Assembly: GCF_006345805.1 (NCBI RefSeq)
Contig: NC_043019.1
Span: forward strand, 21,203,360 to 21,267,359
Length of the DNA stretch: 64,000 nucleotides
Direction: 5' to 3'
Source of the DNA: Octopus sinensis
Taxonomy: Eukaryota
Shown: positions 50,601-62,600 of the stretch, piece after piece
How the letters are laid out: every line of letters begins with the position of its first letter
Position numbering within the stretch: position 1 is the first letter of the stretch
The notes under the pieces: generated by a model
What the model was told of the DNA's origin: nothing
Database searches by the model: none
What the model saw: the letters and a program-made list of their open reading frames with translations, nothing else
Translations under genes and position numbers: made by a program

Positions 50601-53600
50601 GCATCTGTGCCGATTCGCATCTATCAAGGAATGGAATCTGCTTCCGAAAGCCCATCTCGAGCTGTATGTTTGATGCCGATTGCTTTAATAATGGAACGTG
50701 TGATGAGAATTTCAAGTGTATGTAAGTAGGATCATACAAATTTTTCACCTGACTGATCATCATCATCATCATCATTTAGCGTCTGTTTTCCATGCTAGCA
50801 TGGGTTGGACGGTTTAACTGGGGTCTGTGAAGCCGGAAGGCTTCATCAGGCCCAGTCAGATTTAGCAGTGTTTCTACGGCTGGATGCTCTTCCTAACGCC
50901 AACCACTCCGCGAGTGTAGTGGGTGTTTTTTACGTGCCACCTGCACAGGTGCCAGACAGAGCTGGCACAACGGCCACGAACGGATGGTGCTTTTATGTGT
51001 CACCGGCACGGGGCCAGGCGATGCTGGCAACGGACACGAACGGATGGTGCTTTTACGTGCCACTGGAAAATCTTGCAGTTTATACATTGTCTTTTTTATT
51101 GCTTTTGTAGTTTTTTTTTTTTGTTTTCAAGTAATGGGCTGCAAGGGACTTTAGTCATGTGATTATTAACCCCTATTCAGTTTGATCCTTTTTTTATGTG
51201 TTCTCTGTGTATTGAAATGCATTGTTATTGATATAATGGAACACAACTGGACATGCTGGTTTTCACTGGAAAACATAAACACAAGCACACACACACAACT
51301 GGTTTCTAGCACTGCTGCAGAAGACATTTGTCCAAAGTGTCACACTGTTGAATCAAATCTGGAACCAAATGGTTAACCCTGTTATATACAGTACATTTAT
51401 AGACAGAAGAATGAGAATTGACCAGACAAACTGGTTTCCATCCTGTGTTGGGATTTTGTCACTGGTTAAGTACACCCTTTGACTCTCCACAGAGACAGCT
51501 TTTCAACCCATTACTGCTAAGAAATTATATAAATCGAATAGACTAATTTGCACTTGGACACAAGCCTTGGGCTTGATCAACTTTGGTTGGATCACCAAGA
51601 CAAAAATGGGCATTAACAAAAGCCAAAACCACTCAGTGATTCCAGGATACAACATTGATGGTGTGTCCAAGAATTGCATCCTTCAGCTGTATAAAGAATT
51701 CTTTTTCGTTTTTATAATTACATCCAAACTGTGTGGAATTTCATTAAAATTTTTGCATTACTTTCTTCCCCAGATGTAATCCCTCATACAATGGGAGCCA
51801 CTGTCAGAATTATCGCTGCCAAAATGTCTGTTATAATGGTAAATGTATTGACCCAATGAGCAGTAATGAAGAACCGACTTGCAGGTAACACCTTTGTTTT
51901 CACACACACACGCACACATAAAGTCTCTCTCCCTCTCTCCTATTTGTTAGTCTCTCTCTCTCTCTCTCTCTCTCATCAGAGCTGTAGCAAGACTGCAGCT
52001 ACCAGCGCAAAAACTGTCCAAGAAACACTGTATGACATAATGGTGCCTCTGCAGCTCCATCCAGTGAGACATGGTCCGCAGACCTGTTAGAAATAGCAAC
52101 CAAATCTCATAAATGTAAAAGGTCATAATTGTCCACTTTGCGATTTAGTGTTCTCATTAAGTGGGGTTCCAACACATGAAGGTCTACAATCAATGATGTG
52201 ACAGCATGACCAACTGCCCTCTTTTGTATATCAGATGAATTATTTCCCATTTTAAAGACAATAGGTGTGATTAGAGGGAGATTTGGTTGCTATTTCTAAC
52301 AGATTTACTGACCAGTGTTTTACTTCTGCTTTTCTATGCTGGCATGGGTTGGATGGGTGGTTTTTTTTATCTGAAGCAGTGGTTTACAGCCAGATATCCT
52401 TCCTGTTGCCAACTGTTTTAGTCTCTCCTTAGGAAATGCTGGACATGGCATGTCTCTGTATTTCTTCTCACTCTGGAATGTACATTCAATATGAATGAGT
52501 ATATTTCTACATTCATAACACTTATTGATCTTCTTTAGCCCCAGATCAGCTCTGATTCAGCAGACCTACGATCTAAGGTATTCCAGCCATGACCATCCCA
52601 CATTATACTTTTTCAAGGACAAACATCCAGCATCACCTTCTGTTATTTTAATAGATGAAGGAAACTTTGATGTTATTTCTATCAAGTTGCATGATCATGT
52701 TAGAAGCTTCATCATCATCATCATCATGATTTAACGTCCACATTCCATGCTGGCCATGGGCTGGACAGTTTGACAGGAACTGATGGGTCCAAGAACTGCA
52801 TCATGCCCCAGTGTCTACTTCAACATGGTTTCTGTAATTGGATGCATTTCCTAATGCCAACCACATTACAGAATGTAATGGGTGCTTTTCCCTTGCTACC
52901 AGGACTATTCTGGTCGCCATGTAGCTTGCAAGACTACAACCCCTAAAAGGTAGGGAGTCATTTTTATGTTAGGAGATGAGGAGTTAGGCTATGAGTGTGT
53001 GGGGCAGAGCAAGCTCTTTCAGAAGAGCAGCTTCTTTACATTTATTATAGGGGAGAGCAAATGAAGGGACGTAGTTGATGTTTTTTTTCATTAGCTTGAC
53101 TCTTATTAATATTTAACTCTTTAGCATTCAATCTGGCCGTATTCAGTTCAGATATTCAACTGATCAGATCCCACCTCTCACACCTATCCTACAATGTCAT
53201 TCTAAAAATATACAAACATACTGTTGAAATCTTGAAGCGACAAGATAAATTCAAAACAATGTGAATAAATAAGCAATACATTTAAGGAAGAAATCTGAAT
53301 GCTAAAGGAATGATTGAATCTTTTATATTACCAGCTGTCTGCCTGGGTACTCTGGGGCCCGCTGTGAACACTACATTTGCACAAATTATTGCCTCAATGG
53401 TGGTACTTGTATTCCCGACAATAATGAAAGAAGATGCAAGTAAGTACCTTAAATTTTTATTTTTTCATTTTTATAACTGTTTTCAGTCTTTTGGGGGTGA
53501 CGACCAAGCTGAAGCACTGTTTTGATTATTATTGAATCCCAGTCCTTATATATTGTCAATTTCTATTTATCAACTGATTAAGTCCACCTTGGTATAAATG

Positions 53601-56600
53601 TGATGCGATTCAAACTCTAACTAAATACCACAAGGTGTATAACATTTCTGAATGCTCTAATTTAACAACCTTGCTGATTTTTTTTTTGTGTGGTTTTACT
53701 TCCATTTTTCCATACAAGCATGGGTTAGATGAATATATAAATATATATCTATATAAATAAAATTCTGTCTGTCTATCTGGGAGCCATGTATCTCAGTCTA
53801 TATTTACTCTACATAGACATATTATACCTTTTTGGAATTAGGATGATCCCAGGATTGAAAATCTGACCTTCATTTGGTTCTTGAACATCCAGCATTAGGA
53901 TCTTATGTAAGAGCATTTAGGCTGCTATATCTAGCAGATAAAGCAACTGTGAGAGGTTTCAAATGTTTTACAAGAGTTATCTCCCTTAGCTATAATATCA
54001 ATAATAATAAATACAACATTGTGTCAGAAAACTAACCAAAATTTTTTGAATTTAATACCAAAACCTTGTGACAGTTACCTCCGTTACCTACAGTAATAAA
54101 TGCAACATTCTGTCTGTCAACCAAGAATGTTATTCATCCTGCTGCTTTGCAGCGATCTCCAAATGTCACAGTGATACAAAATTCTCCAAACGTGATACTC
54201 TGTGATATAAATCTGAGATGATAGGATACCAATAAATATTTTATTATTATTGCACTTTTCAGTTTTGGGTTGAAGGCCCAATTAGCCTTTCACAGGCACT
54301 AGCTTAAAAGCCTACACAGAGTACAGCTTTTAAGCTAGTGTATATATATATATATATATATAGGAAGAGTTTACGAAAAAAACAAGACGAAGACAGGTGG
54401 TGTACAAAACAAACAGATGTATTAGTATAACGCTCAGGAATAGAAAGTCTTTTACGTTTCGAGCCTACGCTTTTCTACAGAAAGGGACACAGCAAAAACA
54501 AGGAGAGAAAAAAATTTGTGTAGTGGCTAACGATCTATCATGGCGACTGATATATATATATATCCGAGATTATATGGTTGTGTATAGAAGAATATATTAA
54601 TTAATGAAATTGAAATTTTAGTTTGATTTTCACATTTTATTATTTACAATTTTACAGTATTATAATAATAGAATATTATATATTTTTTATGATAAAACTA
54701 GGTCTTTCATGTGTTACACAATTATCAGGTTTATACAATATTAGTAGTGACAGTCATGTTCTACAATTGACAACTGTGGAACAGCAATGGAGGACAAACA
54801 CAGGCACAAAGACACACACACATAAACAATGGCCTTCTTTCAGTTTCCATCTACCAAATCCACTCACAAAGCTTTAGATGGTTCAAGTCTATAGCAGAAG
54901 ACACTTACCCAAGGTGCAGTGGGACTGAACCTGGAACCATGTGGTGTATGGTCAGGAAGCAAGCTTCTTATCACATAGCGACACCTGCATCTATACGAAA
55001 AAACTATTAAAAAAAAAAAAACCTTGTACCTTTGCATCCTTTTTTCCCTGCTCTTATTGACACATTCCATTTTCATCATTTTATTTTCAGCTGTCATCCT
55101 GACTATAACGGCAGCCGATGTGAGAACTTACGTAACAACGACTGGTGTACCAAGTATTGTTTAAATAAAGGTGCCTGTGAAAAGGATAGATTTAATAATA
55201 CTGTTTGTCGATGTCAAGAAGGATTTACAGGTAACTTGCTCCTACTTCTCTCTCTCTCTCTCTCCATATTGTTATAAAATGTGAGTCTGGTGGTGAGGGA
55301 GGTAAACCTTTTGATATTTATATTTTAATTCTTTAACCTTTTAACCAACCATATTTGGCTCAATTATTCTTCCTGTTTTATGTCCAAACCAGCCAGATCC
55401 GGACTCTCACATTTACCCTACTGTATCATTCTAAAAATATACAGTCCCATCATTAAAAGGCACCATTCGAGCATGATCGTTACCAGCGTCACCTTACTGG
55501 CACTCGAGCCCTGTGCTAGTAGGGTATAAAGAGCACCATCCGAGCGTGATCGTTGCCAGAGCGGCTATCTGGCCTACGTGCCGGTTGCACATAAAAGACA
55601 CCATTCGAGCGTGATCGTTACCAGCATTGCCTTACTGGCACCTGTGCCGGTGGCAGGTGTAAAAGATACGAGCGAGGGCATTGCCAGTACTGCCTGACTG
55701 GCACGTAAAAGCACCCACTACACTCTCGGAGTGGTTGGTGTTAAGAAGGGCATCCAGCTGTAGAAACTCTGCCAGATCAAGATTGAAGCCTGGTGCAGCC
55801 ATCTGGTTTGCCAGCCCCCAGTCATTCGTCCAACCCATGCTAGCATGGAAAGCGGATGTTAAACGATGATGATGATGAGATAATGCATGATTAATTCAAA
55901 GCAATATGAGTAAATAAGAAGTACATTTGACAGACTAACCTGAATGCTAAAGGGTTGAAACTTTGAACAATATTTTTAAGAGGCACAAATAATCTGTTGT
56001 TGAAAATTTTTTTTCCTTAGGCCATCGCTGTGAACAGTGTGAGTCCATCCACTGCCAACCTCTTGAGACGTGTGAAAAAGACTCGAATGGTAAATTCACT
56101 TGCGTAGAAGCAATAGACAAACCTTTACGTGAAGACTGCAATAAGCGCTGTCCAAATGCTATTGCCTGTTCTGTTGTCCATAAGAAGCTGATTTGCCACT
56201 GTCCAAATGGGCCCTGTAAACAGTTACCCTGTAACAAAATTACTTGCCCAAGCAAAGGTAAAAGTTATTTTTATTTTATTTGAAAATTTTTGATGGGAGT
56301 TTTTTGTTTAAATTATTATTCTTGTTTAAAATGGTTAGTTTACTGAACTGACTGACTGACTGAGTGTGTGTGTGGGTGGGCGGGTGGCTAGTCCACATTA
56401 TTCTGAAAGGTGCATAAGGCCAGTTTCTCTGATGCATATAGTCCTCCCTGGATGGAACTCTGGTCTTTTGCAGGATTATTCATTTTTACCAGCAGAGTGG
56501 AATGGAGCAATCTGAAATGAAATGTTTTGCTCAAGAACACAACACAATGCACTGCCCAGTCCAGGAATCAAAACCACAATCTTACAATTATGAGTCCAAC

Positions 56601-59600
56601 ACCCCAAACCATGTGTGTGTGTATAATATGCAGTTTTTGTTGTAGAATTTTACCTTTTATTTAAGCTTTGCTGGTTTTTGTGAGTCTTTTCAATTAATAT
56701 TGTACACATTGAGGGTGTATAATTGTACAAATATAAACTTTAGCAGCATGTTTTGAGTAAATGATGCAGTGAAGGTAACAGATATTGGATTTAGTTTTAG
56801 CTTTATATACATGCAAATATGTACACATACAGATACACATACACTCGTATACAAATCTTGCTTTAACGTCCACTTTTCCCTTGTTGTTTGGAGAAGGGCT
56901 TATATGTAACAATGGGTGGGGCAACTACATTTTGAAACTTCACAAATGCTAAATATTCAGTTTTATACTTAATTTACTTGTGACAAATTGTATGGAAAGG
57001 GTTTAATTGAATATAATAAACATTCTTCTTTACTGGCGCTTCAGTCGATCTGATCAACGAAACAGCCTGTTAATGAAATTAACTTGCAAGTGGTTGAGCA
57101 CTCTACAGATATGCGTACCCTTAACGTAGTTCTCAGGGAGATTTAGATGTGTCATGGCTGACCCTTTTGAATTACAGGTACGCCTCATTTTTCCAGGTGA
57201 GCGAACTGGAACAACACGAAATAAAGTGTCTTGCTCAAAGGATACAATGCACCACCAGGAATTGAACTCACGACCTTATAATCATGAGCCAAACCACTAA
57301 GTCACGTGTCTTCAAATTGTTCTTTATCATTTGATAAATAAATATAATTCATCTCCTAGTATAAAGCCACCTCTCTCTCTGCTACAGCTTCATTCATTTG
57401 AAGGGAATCTTGGTGTTGCATGCTGTGTGGTGACATCGCTAGTGCTGGTGACACGAAAACAGCATCCAGTATATGCTGTAAACTGGTTGGCGTTAGGAAG
57501 GGCATCCAGACATAGAAATAATACCAGATCGGACACTGGAGCACCATGCAGTCTTTAGAGGATTTGTCAGATCTTGTCAGACTGCATAGTGGGATTGGAC
57601 CCAAAATCTAATCTTAAGCAACCATTCAAATGTAGAATTTATAACAATATCTCTACCAATGTATTTTCTACTGTAGTTTCAAGTTGATCAATGTTTTGAG
57701 ACTGGAACTGGATCAGCTGAAATTATGTGGAAGCCCATTGTATATGGCAAAAATACAGAAAGCACCAGTTTCATGGGACTTGCCAGACACCTGATTCTGT
57801 GTTCCTTAACTGCAAAATCTAACTTAGCAGTTTGATATGTAGAGAGATCAATAAAATACGTATGAAATTGAAGAGAGTTCTGGGTCTTTTGTTGGACATA
57901 ATTCACTAAAACTCGAGGGCAGCACTCCAGTATGGCCACAGTCCAATGACTAAAAGCAGTAAAAAGATTCTATAAAAATAATGTTTGGGTTTTCCATGAA
58001 TTTGGCAGTTTTATTAATAATGATCTGTTTTTATTTTGTGTTTCAGCTTATTGTGTTGTTGAAAATGGTGAGCCTCGCTGTAAATGTAAACAAGGTTTTA
58101 CTGGCCCGAACTGCGAACAGTCTTTGTGTAAGGCTTGTTTGAATGGAGGTCGTTGTGATACAGGTAAGACACTGTATATGTGGAGACTGTTGTGACACAA
58201 GATGTGTATGACCAGAGATCATTGTGACCTAGCTAGATTCAAGGGACACTACTGTAACTGCATTAAATCAAAATTGCCACCTGTGTATCATACTAAATGT
58301 ATATGTGTCTTAGAAAGGCAAGATACTGTAAATTTTGTCTGAGAAAAAATCTCTTCATAGATGAGTTAAAAGCACAATATATCTTAAAGCAAGACAGACA
58401 TTGCAGCAGTGACTCATAGAAACATTGTGTTCTCTTCTCTTGATATTAGGTGGTTGTAAACAAATATATGTGAAGACTGTTGTGACACAAGATGTGTATG
58501 ACCAGAGATCATCGTGACATAGTTAGATTCAAGGGACACTACTGTAACTGCATTAAATCAAAATTGCCACCTGTGTATCATACTAAATGTATATGCATCT
58601 TAGAAAGGCAAGATACTGTAAATTTTGTCTGAGAAAAAATCTCTTCATAGATGAGTTAAAAGCACAATATATCTTAAAGCAAGATAAACATTGCGACAGT
58701 GACTCATAGAAACATTGTGTTCTCTTCTCTTGATATTAGGTGGTTGTAAACAAATTTTACTGTCATATAAGCAGTTGTGTGTGCGTGTGTCATGCCATTT
58801 TGTGAGCTTTCACAAGTTCACAAGATTTCCATTACAAGAGTGACAAGGGAGTGAGTATCTGTATAACTCATTCAGAATAAATATAACTTCTTTTTTTTTT
58901 TCCCCCTAATGCACCGGTTTAGCAGTTTTCTCACCAATATATACATCTTCAAAAATATACCTGACCATGAGGAAGTATTATCTTGTCTGGAAACAGGTGA
59001 GGGTTGGCAACAGGAAGGGCATCCAGCCATAGGAAATTTGCCTTAATAAGGCTCTGTTTGATCCTTTGCAAGCATGGAAAAATGGTAATAAGGAGGAGAA
59101 TGATTCCTTATTATGTCCATAGTCAAACCTCTCAATTGCTGTTGCTACTCTAGTGTTCACTTTTCATCCCTTGATCTTCTAACAAAAATAAATTGTTGTT
59201 GTTTTAGCATTCCTTTTTTTTTTTTTACATTTAGACTTTTGTTTTTTGAATTCATTATTTATTGTAATTTTCATGTTGAATTTACTTGACCGTTTCTTTT
59301 TTTTTTCTTGCTGCTGCTAGGTTTTAATGGTGTCCCTACGTGCATTTGTGATGAATACCACACAGGAGCCAGTTGTGAAAGCTGTGTCTGCAAAAACAGT
59401 GGTAATTGTACAGTAACCGAGAGAGGAACCATATTATGCAAGTGAGCAACAATGGTTGATGTTTAACCCTAGGCCAGCTCTGGCCACTATCCTCTTGTTG
59501 AAGCAATCTTAATGGCATTCCAGCCATAACCGTCCTGTCTTTCATTCTCATTCAGACTAGCTGATATTCCTGCCATGACCAGCCCAACTTTTGATCGTTT

Positions 59601-62600
59601 ATAAGGCGATTCCAGCCAGGCCTGCCTCATCTGTCAATTGTGAACCTTACACTACCTTAACTGATTTATGAGTGGATTTGGTAGACAGCAGCTGGCAGAA
59701 ACTCCTCTTATTCATATTTATATGCTGGCGTTACATAATAGCACCTGTGCTGGTGACATGTAAAAATCACCCATCACACTCTGTGAAGTGACTGGCATTA
59801 GGAAGGGCATCCAGCTGTAGAATCCAAGCCAAATCAGACTGGAAACTGCTTGTCAGCTCCGGTCAAACCATCCGATCCATGCCAGCATAGAAAATGAACA
59901 TTAAATGGTGATGATGATGATGATGATATGTGTGTGTTTGTGTACAGCCCTGTCTTCACATCATATGATAGTTGTGAATGAGCATCATCATTATACAAGT
60001 GACACTGTTTCCAACCATCTGTGGAAAATACATCCAGCCATGTGTAAATATTACCTTAGTTGGAAACATGTGAGGCTTGGTGACAGGAAGGGTATCTAGC
60101 CATAGAAAATCTACCTCAATAAATTCCATCCGACTGATGCAAGCATGGAAAAGTGGACATTAAATAATGATGGTGATGATGATGAAAATAGTATTTCCTT
60201 TTTCATTGTTTAATCCTAAATCAGGTTTTATTGTACTAACAAACACATTCTAACCATGACCTTCCACTCAGACATACTGTATCTAGGACTACATTATCCA
60301 ATTAATCATTGTTATCTAACCTGATCAAACAGCAGGCCTATGATCAAAAGGTTTTTGAACCATGTCCATCCGGCCCTTTTACATTTTGGGATATGCCAGT
60401 GCTGGTGCCACATGAAAAGCACCCAGTCCATGCTGTAAAGTGATTGATGTTAGGAAGGGCATCCAGCCATAAAAACCATGCCAAAACAGAGCCTAGTGCA
60501 CTCTTTTGGCTTGTCAGTGTGGAAGACGTGTTAAATGATGATGATGTCTCTATGGACCGGGTCCTTCTTTTTCTTAACCCTTTTATTAGCACATTCTTGT
60601 TGAAATGTACTACCTTTGTTTTAATAAATTTAGAAGATAATGAAGAATTTAGTAAAATAACTTTGTAACTATTAGCTTGTTTTGGATGTGAATTAATGTG
60701 AAAATTTGATGGGAAAAGGTTTTGATTTCGATCAGTTTAAAATGGGAAGTTTGTATCACAGAACCATTCTGCTCTCCATCTGGGATGGGTTAAAATGGAC
60801 AGCAGAGTGTGATCTGTCCAATTTATAGTTGCATGAAAATAGACACAAGAATGGAATATTGATATAAGCAAAAAAAAAAGTTAACTGTTCGTTAATTAGG
60901 ATTTGTTAAGATGTTTTGTTTATTTATTTTTATTTGTCTTTTTTGTCTTTTCATCAAGTTGTCCTCATCTTTATACGGGCAAGTTTTGTGAAAGGTGGCG
61001 TTGCCGAAATTACTGCCTGAATGAAGGCAAGTGTGTCAACTGCCACGTAAACAACAGTATCCCAATATGTGAGAGTTGCAGGTAAAGTCTTTCAGTGTCT
61101 TTTCTAACTACAGGAAGAACATTCTTAAATCTGTTATTTAACTGTTATGTTTGTGAAGGCCCATGGCTTTGTGGTTAGAGTATTAAAGTCACATTCATAT
61201 GGTGACTGTTATTTCACTTCGTAGACTCAGCAGTACATGATGTTCTTGAACAAGACATTCCATCTCTCGTTGCTCCAGTTCACTTGGCTAAAAATTAGCA
61301 CCGGTCCAATGCTGTATCCAGTTTTCCCTCTGGTTGTCCCATTCTTGATATTTCATTGGGTCAAATGTTGGAGATTTGAGAGGCTTGACTGTGTCCACCC
61401 ACAACTACACAAGAACCAATCGGTGATAGCAAGGTACAGGGTAAGGCGGCAAGCTGGCAGAAACGTTAGCACGCCGGGCGAAATGCTTAGCGGTATTTCG
61501 TCTGCCGTTACATTGTGAGTTCAAATTCCGCCGAGGTCGACTTTGCCTTTCATCCTTTCGGGGTCGATAAATTAAGTACCAGTTACACACTGGGGTCGAT
61601 GTAATCGACTTAATCCGTTTGTCTGTCCTTGTTTGTCCCCTCTGTGTTTAGCCCCTTGTGGGTAGTAAAGAAATAGGTATTTCGTCTGCCGTTACGTTGT
61701 GAGTTCAAATTCCACCGAGGTCGACTTTGCCTCTCATCCTTTCGGGGTCGATAAATTAAGTACCAGTTACGCACTGGGGTCGATGTAAACGACTTAATAC
61801 CTATGTATGTCCTTGTTTGTCCCCTCTGTGTTTAGCCCCTTGTGGGTAATAAAGAAATAGGTACAGGGTACACTCATTCTCACTTGCTAGTGATGGTTAT
61901 GGGTTTTGTTAAGTTAGGTCAGTTGTGATAGCAGTTATATCCGTTTTAAGTAATGTGTCTCAACCATTTTCTACTTTATATTCAAACTGGCCAAAATTTG
62001 GCTTCTCACATTCACTTTAAAAAGCATTCTAAAGATAAACAGTCATTTAAATCTTGAGGCTGCAAGTCACTGATGGTGAATTCAAAACTATGGAAATAAA
62101 TAAGCATGACATTTGACAGAATAATCTGAATGCTCAAGGATTAAACCAGCCACGGCACACCCAAATATTTTACCTGTTTTGTTTAAACTGACTAGACATG
62201 GTTTATAATACCTACCTTACAATGTCATTCTAAAAATAAACAATCTCATCATCAGAATCTCAAAGCTACAAGGTAATGCATAATTAATTGAAAACAATGT
62301 GAATAAATAGCATTATATTTGGCAGTAATCTGAATGCTAAAAGGTTAAACTAACAGATATTAAGCTAACAGCCATATGTGTTATAAGTAATGCATTCTTA
62401 AGATAACATTTTACAGCTGTTATGCTAAAAGTTATTCCCGATATGTGCCTTGATGTTATTAGTTCCCTGTAAAATTAATTATATTTCTTCAAACAAAGTA
62501 ATGAAGTGGTGGAAAGATTGACACAAAACACTTATAAATAAGTTAAGTTAATTTTTTGGCTCAAAAAGCAAAAAGCAAGGCCATGTAGAGGGGGCATGGA

